Part shown: in pieces, positions 1 through 9,586 of the stretch
Position numbering within the stretch: position 1 is the stretch's first letter
Layout of the letters: every line of letters begins with the position of its first letter
NCBI GenBank assembly: GCA_001002325.1
Contig: LCNZ01000007.1
Location: 26,763-90,762 of the forward strand
Source of the DNA: Candidatus Amesbacteria bacterium GW2011_GWB1_47_19
GTDB lineage: Bacteria > Patescibacteriota > Microgenomatia > CAZETR01 > Amesbacteraceae
Length of the DNA stretch: 64,000 nucleotides
Direction of reading: 5' to 3'
Translations under genes and position numbers: made by a program
The notes under the pieces: generated by a model
What the model saw: the letters and a program-made list of their open reading frames with translations, nothing else
Told to the model about the DNA's origin: nothing
The model's database searches: none

Positions 1-1
1 T

Positions 2-631
2 GAGACGGCAAAGCTGAGAGTGTTCGGTACCGGGGTGGAGGAGGAGTCGATAGCAGTGTATGACACCCAGATTTCCGATTGGAAGAGGGTGTCGGTAGCC
101 TTTATTGCCGGGGGGGAGAGTGTGACATTGAGCCTGAAGGTGGATAAAATGCAACCCGGAAGTACGGTGTATTGGGACGGGGTGCAGCTGGAACGGGGCA
201 GTATCCCGACTGCATTTGAAAAAGAGACGGAGACGATGATAAGCCAGCCGGTGCGTAACCAGGCAAATGTGCAAATGGTATTGTACGTTTTGGCCCAACA
301 TAAAAAGTATGTGCCGGGATTCGGGACGGAATTTGCGGGAAATGTGCAGCCGAAGGTGATAGAGAAATGGGCATATGACGATGAAGGGGAACCATGGATG
401 AAAGCATCCAAAAAGACGTATCTGACCAAACTGACCCGGTATATGTCCGTGAATGAAATGACGGATGACCTGGTGATCCGGGAGGCTGACGACAACAGTC
501 CGGTGGGTGAAAGCGGGACGACTTTGGACAGCACGGTAAAAATAGGATTGGTGCTGGGGGTGCCATTACTGGCGGAAGCGCTGATTGTCGGATACGTCTG
601 GTATAGTTATAAGAGAAAGGGCCGGAAATAA
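2..631 (+). CDS. Hypothetical surface protein, 5'-partial, C-terminal TM anchor, possible carbohydrate-binding-like domain
   Basis: ORF is open to the window start; the first in-frame start is GTG at 20. C-terminal hydrophobic helix followed by KRKGRK. 'VYWDGVQLE' resembles a CBM-like motif. Confidence 0.4.
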   Translation, partial: ETAKLRVFGTGVEEESIAVYDTQISDWKRVSVAFIAGGESVTLSLKVDKMQPGSTVYWDGVQLERGSIPTAFEKETETMISQPVRNQANVQMVLYVLAQHKKYVPGFGTEFAGNVQPKVIEKWAYDDEGEPWMKASKKTYLTKLTRYMSVNEMTDDLVIREADDNSPVGESGTTLDSTVKIGLVLGVPLLAEALIVGYVWYSYKRKGRK

Positions 632-1212
632 TGGAGTCGATAATTTTTACGGTTGTGATACTGGCGCTGCTGGGCGGGCTGATATATTTGGTGTTTGTCC
701 ATCCTAAGGGAGGCCGGGATGCTTATTTTTATATTGTGGCATTTATCACACTGGCCATATTGTTTTGGGCGGTGACGGATCTGGTACGGGTAGTGTGGGA
801 AATGAAATGGGGGGTGTCCGGTTACTCCTCCGGTTATACATACCCATATCGGGGAGACCAGGGCCTGAGAAGAATTTCGATGCGGCTGTCGACTTTTCTG
901 GTGACGTTTCCGATATGGGCTTTCCACTGGTTTAAAGCCAGCCTGAAACCGGCGGAAAAAATAGACTGGCTGAGCCGGAAGACTTATGCGCTGGTGGTAC
1001 TGGTGCTGACAGCTTTTCTGGTACTGGGTTGCGGGACGGGGCTGGTATACCGGGGAATGAATGCCCTGCTGGGAGTGGAGGCTGCCAATGATAATGTGAT
1101 GGCTTTTCTGGTCCCGTATTCTCTGGCGGGACTGGGAGTGTGGGCGATGCATTATATGGCGTGGAGAGAAGCAAACGGAAAGATTGAAGCCGGGATAACA
1201 GGCAAAGAGTAA
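631..1212 (+). CDS. Polytopic membrane protein, hypothetical
   Basis: 193 aa ORF with several hydrophobic helices; start overlaps the upstream stop. Confidence 0.45.
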   Translation: MESIIFTVVILALLGGLIYLVFVHPKGGRDAYFYIVAFITLAILFWAVTDLVRVVWEMKWGVSGYSSGYTYPYRGDQGLRRISMRLSTFLVTFPIWAFHWFKASLKPAEKIDWLSRKTYALVVLVLTAFLVLGCGTGLVYRGMNALLGVEAANDNVMAFLVPYSLAGLGVWAMHYMAWREANGKIEAGITGKE

Positions 1213-1219
1213 CAGGTCT

Positions 1220-2026
1220 ATGAATCTGATTCAGGTATTGGTGCTGGCGGCGGTGGAAGGGGTGACGGAGTTTTTGCCGGTATCGTCGACCGGTCACTTG
1301 ATTTTGGCGGTGAACGCGGCGGGAATAATGCAATCGGAATTTGTGAAGAGCTTTGAGATTGCCATCCAGCTGGGAGCGATTAGCGCCGTAGTGGTCTTGT
1401 ATTGGCGAAAAATAACGACGGATATGGAGGTATTGAAGAGAGTGGCGGCGGCATTTGTGCCGACGGGAATAGCGGGAATATTGGCGTACCGGTTTGTAAA
1501 ATCTTATTTGCTGGGGAATGCGGGAGTAACAATAGCGGCGCTTTTGATAGGAGGAGCGGGGTTGATAGTATATGAAAAATTCAAAATTCAAAATACTGGC
1601 AAAGCCAGCGCTGCGCGAGCAAAATTCAAATTAAATTCAAATTACAAAATTCAAAACTTGGATTATTGGAAGTGTATAGGGATCGGATTGATGCAGGCGG
1701 TGGCGATGGTGCCGGGAGTGAGCCGGGCGCTGATGACCATCATCGGGGGGGAGGCGATGGGACTGTCGCGCAGGGAAGCGGTGGAGTTTTCGTTTATGCT
1801 GGCTATTCCGACGATGGCGGCGGCTACAGGATGGGATCTGGTGAGAAGTGGGTGGGGGTTTTCCGGCGGGCAGTGGGGACTGCTGGCGGCGGGGTTTTTG
1901 GCGGCGGCGGTAACGGCGGCTGTGACCGTCAAGTGGCTGGTGGCCTGGGTGAAGCAGCAGCACAATCTGGAGATATTCGGATGGTACAGGATAGCGCTGG
2001 CAGGCGGGTGGTGGCTATTTGCCTAA
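1220..2026 (+). CDS. uppP: Undecaprenyl-diphosphatase (UppP/BacA) with in-frame repeat insertion
   Basis: N-terminal 'VEGVTEFLPVSSTGHL' and 'PGVSR' motifs are typical of UppP. A ~25 aa insertion (KFKIQN...) is encoded by the AAATTCAAA repeat. Confidence 0.85.
   Translation: MNLIQVLVLAAVEGVTEFLPVSSTGHLILAVNAAGIMQSEFVKSFEIAIQLGAISAVVVLYWRKITTDMEVLKRVAAAFVPTGIAGILAYRFVKSYLLGNAGVTIAALLIGGAGLIVYEKFKIQNTGKASAARAKFKLNSNYKIQNLDYWKCIGIGLMQAVAMVPGVSRALMTIIGGEAMGLSRREAVEFSFMLAIPTMAAATGWDLVRSGWGFSGGQWGLLAAGFLAAAVTAAVTVKWLVAWVKQQHNLEIFGWYRIALAGGWWLFA
1575..1658. repeat. In-frame AAATTCAAA-type heptad repeat element with GC-rich core (gccagcgctgcgcgagc) inside uppP
   Basis: The sequence aaaattcaaaattcaaaat...gccagcgctgcgcgagc...aaaattcaaattaaattcaaattacaaaattcaaaa is visible directly. 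Confidence 0.8.
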
Positions 2027-2189
2027 CGCTTCGCGGAAAAGAGAACCGATGAAGCGGGCTGTATTGAAGAGGGTGTGGAGCAGGACCTGGACAATGCGGC
2101 CGGCGACATGGGGTAAATTCCGGGAGACGGAGATTTTGATCTTTTCTGACGTAGAGTTTTGGTAATCTGTGGAGTCCATGCGGATGCGG

Positions 2190-2570
2190 TCAGGGCAGGG
2201 TCCGGCTAATCTGGACCGTACCTCCGGTGCGGAGAGTGAAGGTGGCCTGGAGGATGAAGTTTTTGGGACTGACGTCATATACACATTTACCGGAAGAGCA
2301 GGTACCTAGAATCTGGCGGCGGGTGGAACGGGTAGTGCGGCGTTTGGTAAAGAACCCGCCTTCGAAACCCTTGGTAACGGATGCAGCAGTGTCGTAAGTC
2401 AGGGCATAGTTTACTTTGGAAACAGTGGTGAGGCCGGTAAATGCTACATAAATGTAGTGACGGTTGCCCGAAACTGAGAGGGAAATATTGGGGGGGGAGG
2501 CGGCGGAAACGGGGAAAGAAGTTGTGAATAGTAACAGAAAAAGGGAGCACAGGGATACCAGAAGCTTCAT
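2190..2570 (-). CDS. Small secreted protein, hypothetical
   Basis: N-terminal signal peptide MKLLVSLCSLFLLLFTTSFPVSAAS; 126 aa. Confidence 0.5.
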   Translation of the reverse strand: MKLLVSLCSLFLLLFTTSFPVSAASPPNISLSVSGNRHYIYVAFTGLTTVSKVNYALTYDTAASVTKGFEGGFFTKRRTTRSTRRQILGTCSSGKCVYDVSPKNFILQATFTLRTGGTVQISRTLP

Positions 2571-2597
2571 GGATCAAGTTTAGCATATAATTACCAT

Positions 2598-3200
2598 ATG
2601 AAGCCAAGGTGGCGGCAAGCGGTTTTGGGGATTCTGCTGATTGCGGGGATGGTGTTCACAGTATGGGATTACAGGGATTGGAAATGGGAAGAGACACGGA
2701 AGTACGGGCACGGGTATGAAGACCAGCTGGCACCGGCGGTAGCCCTGACCAGGACGTATCAGAATGACCTGGTGCGGGTGAGACTGAAGTATCCGGAAGA
2801 ATGGGAAATAAATGAAATTTCAAATTCTGCCTTGACATTTGAGGAGATGGTGAAGGAGGGGGGAAGGGTGGTGGTGGCACAGTGGCCGGGAAAAATGACC
2901 TTGAGTATAGAAAAAACAACCCGGGGGCTGCCGGATATCGCGGATGAGGAAGTGCGGTTATTGAATAAGGCGGGAGTAAATTTGAGCAAGGAAAGGGAAT
3001 ATATCAGCACCCAGGAGACGAATATGACGGTGTTGACCTGGGAGAAACCAAATGCTGTCCGGCAGCAGGAAGTGATTCAGAGAGGGCTGGCAGAAAAGAA
3101 GGGCAGACTGGCGGTGGCGGAAGCCAAAGTTTCCCAGGCAGACTGGCTGAAATGGGGAAAAACATTTTGGGAAATATACCGCAGTATCATAATTTTCTGA
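2598..3200 (+). CDS. Membrane-anchored hypothetical protein
   Basis: N-terminal TM helix (ILLIAGMVFTVW); 200 aa ORF. Confidence 0.45.
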   Translation: MKPRWRQAVLGILLIAGMVFTVWDYRDWKWEETRKYGHGYEDQLAPAVALTRTYQNDLVRVRLKYPEEWEINEISNSALTFEEMVKEGGRVVVAQWPGKMTLSIEKTTRGLPDIADEEVRLLNKAGVNLSKEREYISTQETNMTVLTWEKPNAVRQQEVIQRGLAEKKGRLAVAEAKVSQADWLKWGKTFWEIYRSIIIF

Positions 3201-3239
3201 GGCTTGTCAGGAAGATCGGTGATTTGTTAATATGCCCTC

Positions 3240-3740
3240 GTGGGTAAGAATATAGTGATAATCGGGGTGATATTGGCCGTCGGTCTGGCGTTGGTGGGAG
3301 GAGGAGTATGGTGGCTGCAGAGAAAAGAATCCGGAGCACCGGGGACGGGGGAAGTAATGAGGGGGCCGGAAATCGTGACTCCGGCGGATGAGTTTGAGCC
3401 GGCAGCGACGCCGGAGTTGTCACCGGTTCCGACGCAAGCCACAGAGATACAGGGAGGGGCGGTGAATATCAAGAAGTTTACAGTTGAGGGGAGCAATTAT
3501 AAATTTTCACCGGCGACGATCAAAGTGAAAAAAGGTGACACGGTACAGCTGACGTTTAAGAGTATGGATGCGATTCACGACTGGAGTTTGGATGTATTTG
3601 ATGCGGCGACAAACCAGATCGGGGAGGGAGAAGAGGAGGAAATTGAGTTTGTGGCGGAAAAAGCAGGTACATTTGAATTTTACTGCTCGGTGGGGAACCA
3701 CAGGCAGATGGGGATGAAGGGGAAGTTTATAGTGGAATGA
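3240..3740 (+). CDS. Cupredoxin (type-1 blue copper) domain protein, membrane-anchored
   Basis: GTG start and N-terminal TM helix. The C-terminal domain has the T1 copper ligand pattern H...C-x4-H-x2-M (HDW...YCSVGNHRQMGM). Confidence 0.6.
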   Translation: MGKNIVIIGVILAVGLALVGGGVWWLQRKESGAPGTGEVMRGPEIVTPADEFEPAATPELSPVPTQATEIQGGAVNIKKFTVEGSNYKFSPATIKVKKGDTVQLTFKSMDAIHDWSLDVFDAATNQIGEGEEEEIEFVAEKAGTFEFYCSVGNHRQMGMKGKFIVE

Positions 3741-3818
3741 TTCGGGGTGCCCATTTCCATCTGCTCGCGAGTAGTTGTTAATAACTTGCGAAGATCGGAT
3801 GGTAGAGTTAAATTGGAG

Positions 3819-4154
3819 ATGGTGGCTAAAAAAGAAAGAAGCGGGTGGTATTGGTGGGTGATTTTAGCAGGAGTAAATGCGCTGGTGGTAGCGGGGGGAT
3901 GGATTTTCCCAGTTAAATTATTGATATTTTTTCTGACGGAAGTTGCGGTAATAATGATATGGGATAAAAGGAAAGATGATGGATGGTGGTTGTTGATGGC
4001 TGGAATAATTGGGCCGGGCGTAGAAGTGGTTGCCATATGTGGTGGTGCATGGAGTTATTCGGTTCCGTTTGTGTTAGGAGTTCCTATCTGGTTGCCATTA
4101 TTGTGGGGCTTATCTGGACTGTTGGCCAGAAGGATGGTTGAGGGACTAAAGTGA
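3819..4154 (+). CDS. Small integral membrane protein, hypothetical
   Basis: Internal ATG at 3819 (MVAKKERSGWYWWVILAG...); three hydrophobic helices. Confidence 0.4.
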   Translation: MVAKKERSGWYWWVILAGVNALVVAGGWIFPVKLLIFFLTEVAVIMIWDKRKDDGWWLLMAGIIGPGVEVVAICGGAWSYSVPFVLGVPIWLPLLWGLSGLLARRMVEGLK

Positions 4155-4169
4155 TGATAAACTTGATAC

Positions 4170-4811
4170 ATGATAGTGGTGAATTTTAAAACGTATAAAC
4201 AGGCGACGGGGTACAAGGCGACTGAGTTGGCACATATTTGCAGAAAAGTACAGCAGGAGACCAAGGTAAGAATTGTGGCGGCTGTGCAAACGGCGGATTT
4301 GAGAAACTGCGTGGAAACGGGAGCGGAATGCTGGGTGCAGCACGTGGACCCGGCGGACCAGGGGGAAAATACGGGGTGGGTGACGGTGGAAGGGGTGGAG
4401 GAAGCAGGCGCCAGAGGGACACTTTTGAACCATTCGGAACATAAGCTGGATAAAGAAGTGCTGGAAAAAACCATGAAACTGATTGCCGGCATGGCGTTTG
4501 AAGTGTGTACCTGCGCGGCTGACCCGGATGAAGCCAGGTGGGCGGCTGAGCTGGAGCCGAATTATGTAGCTTATGAACCACCGGAACTGATAGGGAGTAC
4601 GGAAAAATCGGTGGCTTCCGAGAAATCGGGGACAATCAAACAAATTGTACTCAGTACTCACTGCCCAATACTGATCGGGGCGGGGATACACAGCCCCGAA
4701 GATGTGAAAGCAGGATTGGAAATGGGAGCCAAGGGAATCCTGTTGGCAACGGATATCGTATTGGCGGAAGATCCGGAGTACCAGCTGCGTCAGCTGGCAA
4801 GGGAGTTTTAA
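4170..4811 (+). CDS. tpiA: Triosephosphate isomerase, archaeal-type
   Basis: 'IVVNFKTYKQATG' and 'GTLLNHSEH' match the short (~215 aa) archaeal TIM rather than bacterial TpiA. Confidence 0.75.
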   Translation: MIVVNFKTYKQATGYKATELAHICRKVQQETKVRIVAAVQTADLRNCVETGAECWVQHVDPADQGENTGWVTVEGVEEAGARGTLLNHSEHKLDKEVLEKTMKLIAGMAFEVCTCAADPDEARWAAELEPNYVAYEPPELIGSTEKSVASEKSGTIKQIVLSTHCPILIGAGIHSPEDVKAGLEMGAKGILLATDIVLAEDPEYQLRQLAREF

Positions 4812-4866
4812 TACAAGACCTGTTTAAAGGGCTTGACTTGTGGGCTGTTTAGAATACAATTTGATT

Positions 4867-5106
4867 GTGACTTTCGTATCTATAAGCCAATTAAAGATAA
4901 ATCCGACTAACGTCATCCGGGCGGCGGTTGATTACCCGGTGGCGGTGGAGAACAGAAATAAGGTGGAGGCGTATCTAATCGGGAAAAAATTGTTTGAACG
5001 GATTGAGGCTTATATTGAGGATTATGTGGATAGCCAGGCCGTAAAATCCACCGATTTTTCCAAGGGCAAAAATTTTGAAGAGGCGGCACAGAAATTGGGT
5101 ATATGA
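4867..5106 (+). CDS. Type II antitoxin, Phd/YefM family
   Basis: 'VSISQLKINPTNVIRAAVDYPVAVENRNKVEAYLI' resembles Phd/YefM. GTG at 4867 is the likely start (the ORF is open from 4840). Overlaps the downstream toxin by 4 nt. Confidence 0.6.
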   Translation: MTFVSISQLKINPTNVIRAAVDYPVAVENRNKVEAYLIGKKLFERIEAYIEDYVDSQAVKSTDFSKGKNFEEAAQKLGI

Positions 5107-5369
5107 AAGTGATCATATCTCCCAGGGCGGAAAGGCAGTTGGGAAAATTGCCTAAGATGAAGCAGATAATAGTCGGGACAAAAATAAGATCGGTAGGGGG
5201 GTCAGGAAAGGTCTCCGGTGAAGAACTATTAAGAGGATATAAAAATATTTATAGGGTAAGGATGGGTGATTACAGGATGATATATAGACGGAATATTGAA
5301 GGAATATACATTATATTAATCGGCCATAGAAGGGATATTTATAAGTTGTTGGACAGATGGTTGGGGTAG
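5103..5369 (+). CDS. Type II toxin, RelE/ParE family
   Basis: 88 aa; C-terminal 'YRVRMGDYRMIYRRNIEGIYIILIGHRRDIY' is the RelE/ParE signature. Confidence 0.7.
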   Translation: MKVIISPRAERQLGKLPKMKQIIVGTKIRSVGGSGKVSGEELLRGYKNIYRVRMGDYRMIYRRNIEGIYIILIGHRRDIYKLLDRWLG

Positions 5370-5399
5370 GCTTAATGAGGGGTATATTGTATACTTCGG

Positions 5400-6101
5400 A
5401 TGATGGATAAAAAGACCGTGTTTATTACGGGGGCGAGCAGGGGAATAGGTGCGGCGACGGCTAAGAAATTTTTGGCAGAAGGGTGGCAGGTGGCGGGATT
5501 TTATGTAAATAATCGGGTGGAGGACGGGGAGAACATTAAGTATTACCAGGCGGATGTGTCTGATGAAAGAAGCATTAAAGAGGCTTTCGGGAAAGCCTTT
5601 TTGGATTATAAAAGAGTGGACTGCCTGGTAAACTGTGCCGGCGTGCTGGAGGATAAATACCTGGATGAATATAACAAAGCACTGATGCAGAAAGTGATGG
5701 ATGTCAATGAAGTCGGGGTGTACCTGTGTACCAAAGAAGTAATCGGAAAAATGGAAGAGGGGGCGATAGTGACTATCAGCTCGACAGCCGGGCAGGTTGG
5801 CAGTTCCGATCCGATTTATGCGGCGACAAAAGCGGCGGTGGTGGCGTTTTCCAAAAGTATGGCGGTGATGCTGGCGCCGAAAGTCCGGGTGAACTGCGTA
5901 GCTCCCGGCCTGGCGGATACCGACATGGGAAGATTCGGATGGAGCCAGGGGGAATTTCAGAAAAGGGCGGAGATGATCCCTCTTCGAAAAATTGCCTCGC
6001 CCCAGGATATTGCCAACGGGATTTATTTTCTGGCCAGTGACCAGGCGGCACATATTACCGGAGCCTGCCTGGATATTAACGGAGGATATGTACTTCGATG
6101 A
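5400..6101 (+). CDS. Short-chain dehydrogenase/reductase (FabG-like)
   Basis: 'TGASRGIGAATAKKF' Rossmann motif and SDR catalytic region (YAATKAAV). Confidence 0.8.
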   Translation: MMDKKTVFITGASRGIGAATAKKFLAEGWQVAGFYVNNRVEDGENIKYYQADVSDERSIKEAFGKAFLDYKRVDCLVNCAGVLEDKYLDEYNKALMQKVMDVNEVGVYLCTKEVIGKMEEGAIVTISSTAGQVGSSDPIYAATKAAVVAFSKSMAVMLAPKVRVNCVAPGLADTDMGRFGWSQGEFQKRAEMIPLRKIASPQDIANGIYFLASDQAAHITGACLDINGGYVLR

Positions 6102-6559
6102 TTTATATAGGGGCGGATCACCGGGGATGGGAATTGAAGGCTAAAATCAACAGGTGGCTGAAGGGCAGGGGATATGAGTTTGAAGATCTCGGGGCATATG
6201 AATACAACACGTGGGATGACTTTGCGGATTATGCCATTGATACCGCCCAGAGAGTGACAGCAGGGGGTGAAAAAAACCGGGGAATTCTGGTCTGCGGCAG
6301 CGGGATAGGAATGTGTATTGCCGCCAATAAAGTTAGGGGAATCCGGGCGGGCTTGGGATTTGCGCCGGATCAGGTCCATGCGGCGAGGAAGGATGATAAT
6401 ATCAATATCCTGGTTTTGGCTTCAGACAATACGGATGAACTGGCGGCGCTGGAGCTGGCGGAGAAATTCCTGGAAACGGAATTTGTGGAGTCGGACAATT
6501 ATTTGAGGAGGATTGAAAAGATTTCCAGGTATGAAGGACAACCTGCCGTGGGTAAATAA
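6098..6559 (+). CDS. rpiB: Ribose-5-phosphate isomerase B
   Basis: 'GILVCGSGIGMCIAANK' RpiB/LacAB motif; 153 aa. Confidence 0.8.
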   Translation: MIYIGADHRGWELKAKINRWLKGRGYEFEDLGAYEYNTWDDFADYAIDTAQRVTAGGEKNRGILVCGSGIGMCIAANKVRGIRAGLGFAPDQVHAARKDDNINILVLASDNTDELAALELAEKFLETEFVESDNYLRRIEKISRYEGQPAVGK

Positions 6560-7430
6560 AGCTGAGCTGACCGGGAAAAAAGTGCTGGTAAGAGGAGATC
6601 TGGATGTGGATGATGCGGATAACCCGAGAGCCAATTCAGTAAGACAGATGATTGTTTTTCTGAGACAGAAAGGAGCGGATAAAATAAAGGTAATAGGTCA
6701 CAGTGAGACGAGAGTTCCCCTGATAAACATGTTGAGAAACGAATATGTGGGGGTGGAATTTGACGACAAATTGAGAGATAACGGGGGAGAAAAGCTGAAT
6801 GATGAAAGTTTTGCCAAGAGTTTGGCCGAGGGATGGGAGGTGTATGTCAATGAAGCTTTTGCCACATCCCACCGGCGGCATGCTTCGATTTCGGCCCTGC
6901 CGCAGGTGATGCGCCGGGACGGGAAGGAAGTATATCTGGGTCTGAGGTTTGAGAAAGAAGTAGAAATGCTGTCCGGTATCTGGGAAAAAGCCGGCAGACG
7001 GATACTGGTGATAGGGGGAGTCAAAGTGAGTGACAAGGAGAAGTTTGCCCGGGATTTTAAAGATAAATTTGCCGCAGTGCTGACGGGAGGGATGATCTCC
7101 GGGGTTAAACTGCGCCCGGACGGGCTGGATATCAGCGATGAGGTGATTGCCGGATATGTTCAAGAAATTGCGACAGCGGAAGTGATATTAGCAGCGGGGG
7201 TGATGGGTAAATATGAAGATCCGGGGGCGGAAAAGGGGACGAAAGCCATATTGGAAGCAATAGCCGGAAACCAAAAAGCATATAAGGTTGCCGGGGGGGG
7301 AGATATTGAGATGGCGATATCCAAATACGGATTGACGGATAAATTCAATTGGATTTCGGTAGGGGGGGGAGCCATGCTGGAGTATCTGGGGACGGGAACT
7401 CTGCCCGGGATAGAGGCAGTTTTGAAATAG
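6513..7430 (+). CDS. pgk: Phosphoglycerate kinase (short form)
   Basis: N-terminal 'KKVLVRGDLDV' and C-terminal 'GGGDIEMAISKYGL...ISVGGGAMLEYLGTGTLPGIEAV' match PGK. Only ~300 aa; the start may be 6531. Confidence 0.65.
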   Translation: MKRFPGMKDNLPWVNKAELTGKKVLVRGDLDVDDADNPRANSVRQMIVFLRQKGADKIKVIGHSETRVPLINMLRNEYVGVEFDDKLRDNGGEKLNDESFAKSLAEGWEVYVNEAFATSHRRHASISALPQVMRRDGKEVYLGLRFEKEVEMLSGIWEKAGRRILVIGGVKVSDKEKFARDFKDKFAAVLTGGMISGVKLRPDGLDISDEVIAGYVQEIATAEVILAAGVMGKYEDPGAEKGTKAILEAIAGNQKAYKVAGGGDIEMAISKYGLTDKFNWISVGGGAMLEYLGTGTLPGIEAVLK

Positions 7431-7453
7431 ATACGATGGTGTATATTTAATGT

Positions 7454-8524
7454 ATGGTAAAAGTGGCTGTTAACGGTTTCGGGAGGATCGGGAGACTGGC
7501 TTTAAGGATAGGGTTACTGAAGCATCATAACGAAATGGAATTTGCGGCGATCAATACTTCCGGGTCCATGGAGGTTGAGGGATGGGCGCATCTGGTAATG
7601 CAGGATACGACGTACAGGAGGTTTGAGATAGAGATAGAGATAGAGAAAATGAGATTGGTCAAAGAAACGACAGATGAAGATCCGCTGATCGGGTATCTGG
7701 TGGTGCCGAGCATGAATTTGAGGATACCGGTACTGGCACAGAAAGATCCGGAGAAGCTGCCCTGGGGTAAATACGGGGTGGAGGTGGTGATGGAGTGTAC
7801 CGGGAAGTTTACGGATGAGGATGGGGCGATGAAACACGCCAAGGCCGGAGCAAAAAAAGTGATCATTTCGGCGCCCAGCAAGGGGGGAAACGTGGGGACG
7901 TATGTGATGGGGGTAAATGAAGTAAACGGGAATGTAAAAGCAATTTCCAATGCATCTTGTACGACAAATTGCGTGACGCCAGTGGCGGCGGTGATGCATG
8001 CCAAGTTCGGTATCGCCAAGGCGATGATGACGACGGTGCATGCATATACCGACGACCAGGTGCTTCAGGACGGATCGCATAAAGATCTGCGCCGAGCCAG
8101 GGCAGCAGCGGTTAACATAGTGCCGACTTCCACGGGAGCGGCAATTGCCACAACCGAAGTGATACCTGAATTGAAGGGTCTATTTGACGGGATTTCTCTG
8201 CGGGTACCAGTGGTGACGGGATCAATTTCCGACTTTGTGTTTGTGACAAAAAGAAACGTTACCCGGGAGGAAATAAACGAGGCATTCAAGGAGGCGACGC
8301 AAAATTCCCAATATAAAGGGATTTTGGGGATGTCCGGAACAGACGGAGTGCCGGAACACTTGGTGAGCAGTGACATTATCGGCGGTAGTTACAGTGCAAT
8401 TATTGATCCTGAATTTACCCAGGTGATAGACGGGAATCTGGTGAAAGTACTGGCATGGTATGACAATGAGTGGGGGTATGCCAACCGGCTGGTGGAACAA
8501 ACGATAAGACTGGGCAGTGAATGA
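7454..8524 (+). CDS. gap: Glyceraldehyde-3-phosphate dehydrogenase with in-frame EIEIEIE insertion
   Basis: 'VAVNGFGRIGR', 'SNASCTTNC' (catalytic Cys) and 'WYDNEWGY'. A (GAGATA)n tract encodes EIEIEIE after 'YRRF'. Confidence 0.9.
   Translation: MVKVAVNGFGRIGRLALRIGLLKHHNEMEFAAINTSGSMEVEGWAHLVMQDTTYRRFEIEIEIEKMRLVKETTDEDPLIGYLVVPSMNLRIPVLAQKDPEKLPWGKYGVEVVMECTGKFTDEDGAMKHAKAGAKKVIISAPSKGGNVGTYVMGVNEVNGNVKAISNASCTTNCVTPVAAVMHAKFGIAKAMMTTVHAYTDDQVLQDGSHKDLRRARAAAVNIVPTSTGAAIATTEVIPELKGLFDGISLRVPVVTGSISDFVFVTKRNVTREEINEAFKEATQNSQYKGILGMSGTDGVPEHLVSSDIIGGSYSAIIDPEFTQVIDGNLVKVLAWYDNEWGYANRLVEQTIRLGSE
7625..7645. repeat. (GAGATA)n microsatellite, in frame in gap (encodes EIEIEIE)
   Basis: gagatagagatagagatagag. 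Confidence 0.8.
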
Positions 8525-8985
8525 TTATGGACGGACACAGGACTGACTATTCACAGATAACCGAGAATATTATTATCGGATCGGATTTGTGTCCCGGACC
8601 GGGTTGCCCGGTGCACTCCGAGGAGTTTAAAAACCTGGGAGTTTGTGCGGAAGTGAACCTGGAAATTGAACGTAATGAAAAACCGACGCCGGGAATTGAT
8701 GTGTATTTATGGCTGCCGACCGAAGATAAACAGGCTCCCAACCCTGACCAGCTGGCGATAGGCACGGCGGCAATCAATGAAATGGTTAAGACTAATAAGA
8801 CTATCTATGTGCATTGCCGCAACGGACACGGCAGAAGTCCGACCATGGTGGCGGCATACCTGATCCGGTACAGAAATATGGGTGTTTCGGAGGCGATAGC
8901 TTTAATTAAACAGAAACGCCCTGAAATTCACCCGGAAGAGGTACAGATTAAGGCGCTGGAGGAATTTTATAAAACATGCGCGTAG
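8521..8985 (+). CDS. Dual-specificity protein phosphatase
   Basis: Active-site motif 'VHCRNGHGRSPT' (HCxxGxxRS). Confidence 0.7.
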   Translation: MIMDGHRTDYSQITENIIIGSDLCPGPGCPVHSEEFKNLGVCAEVNLEIERNEKPTPGIDVYLWLPTEDKQAPNPDQLAIGTAAINEMVKTNKTIYVHCRNGHGRSPTMVAAYLIRYRNMGVSEAIALIKQKRPEIHPEEVQIKALEEFYKTCA

Positions 8986-9572
8986 TCCCGGCTATATTGA
9001 CAGATGATCCGCAGAAGCTGGAAGAGCTGCTGATTGAGACAGAAAAAAGCGGGCGCTTTGAGAGGGTGCAGATTGATTTTGTTGACGGTGAGTATACGAC
9101 GAATAAGAGTGTAGGAGTGGAAGACCTGCCCGCCAGCAGGCAGGGAGTAAGAGGATGGGGGTTAAAACTTGATGCGCATTTGATGGTGATACAGAAGAAT
9201 GTACAGTCGTATTTTGAAGCTGCAAAGCAGGCAGGTTTTGAAAGAATAATTGTGCAGATGGAAAGTGTTTCCCGGCCGGAAGACTATACGGCGCTGGCTT
9301 TGGATATACATTCACCGGTGGAAGCGATTGAACCCTATATTGAGAAATTGGAATATGTGGTGGTGATGGGAATCGAGCCGGGGTTCGGAGGACAAAAGTT
9401 TGATCCGAAAACGATGGAGAAGATTAAGAGGCTAGACAGTTTGAGAGAACAGTCAAAGTTTAAGTTCAGGATTTGCGTGGACGGGGGAGTGCAAAAAGAG
9501 CATCTGGCGGATTTGGAGAAAGCGGGAGCGGATGAAGCGGCGGTGGGAGTAAAGAGGGTGCTGGGATGGTAA
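8976..9572 (+). CDS. rpe: Ribulose-phosphate 3-epimerase
   Basis: 'DFVDGEY', 'DAHLMV' and 'GIEPGFGGQKF' match the Rpe fold. Confidence 0.75.
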   Translation: MRVVPAILTDDPQKLEELLIETEKSGRFERVQIDFVDGEYTTNKSVGVEDLPASRQGVRGWGLKLDAHLMVIQKNVQSYFEAAKQAGFERIIVQMESVSRPEDYTALALDIHSPVEAIEPYIEKLEYVVVMGIEPGFGGQKFDPKTMEKIKRLDSLREQSKFKFRICVDGGVQKEHLADLEKAGADEAAVGVKRVLGW

Positions 9573-9586
9573 GATAAATAAAGGCT

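Noticed and set aside
102-1591. Minus-strand ORFs overlapping the first three + strand genes (102..566, 607..1152, 932..1591)
   Set aside because: They are antisense to ORFs with clear homology or TM structure (for example uppP). Their composition is Pro/Arg/His-rich, typical of the reverse frame of GC-skewed coding sequence.
7625-7645. EIEIEIE tracts as sequencing or assembly artefacts
   Set aside because: The identical 21-nt tract occurs in three different genes, always in frame and at loop positions, with different unique flanks. An artefact would not be expected to preserve the reading frame three times. Read-level confirmation is still needed.
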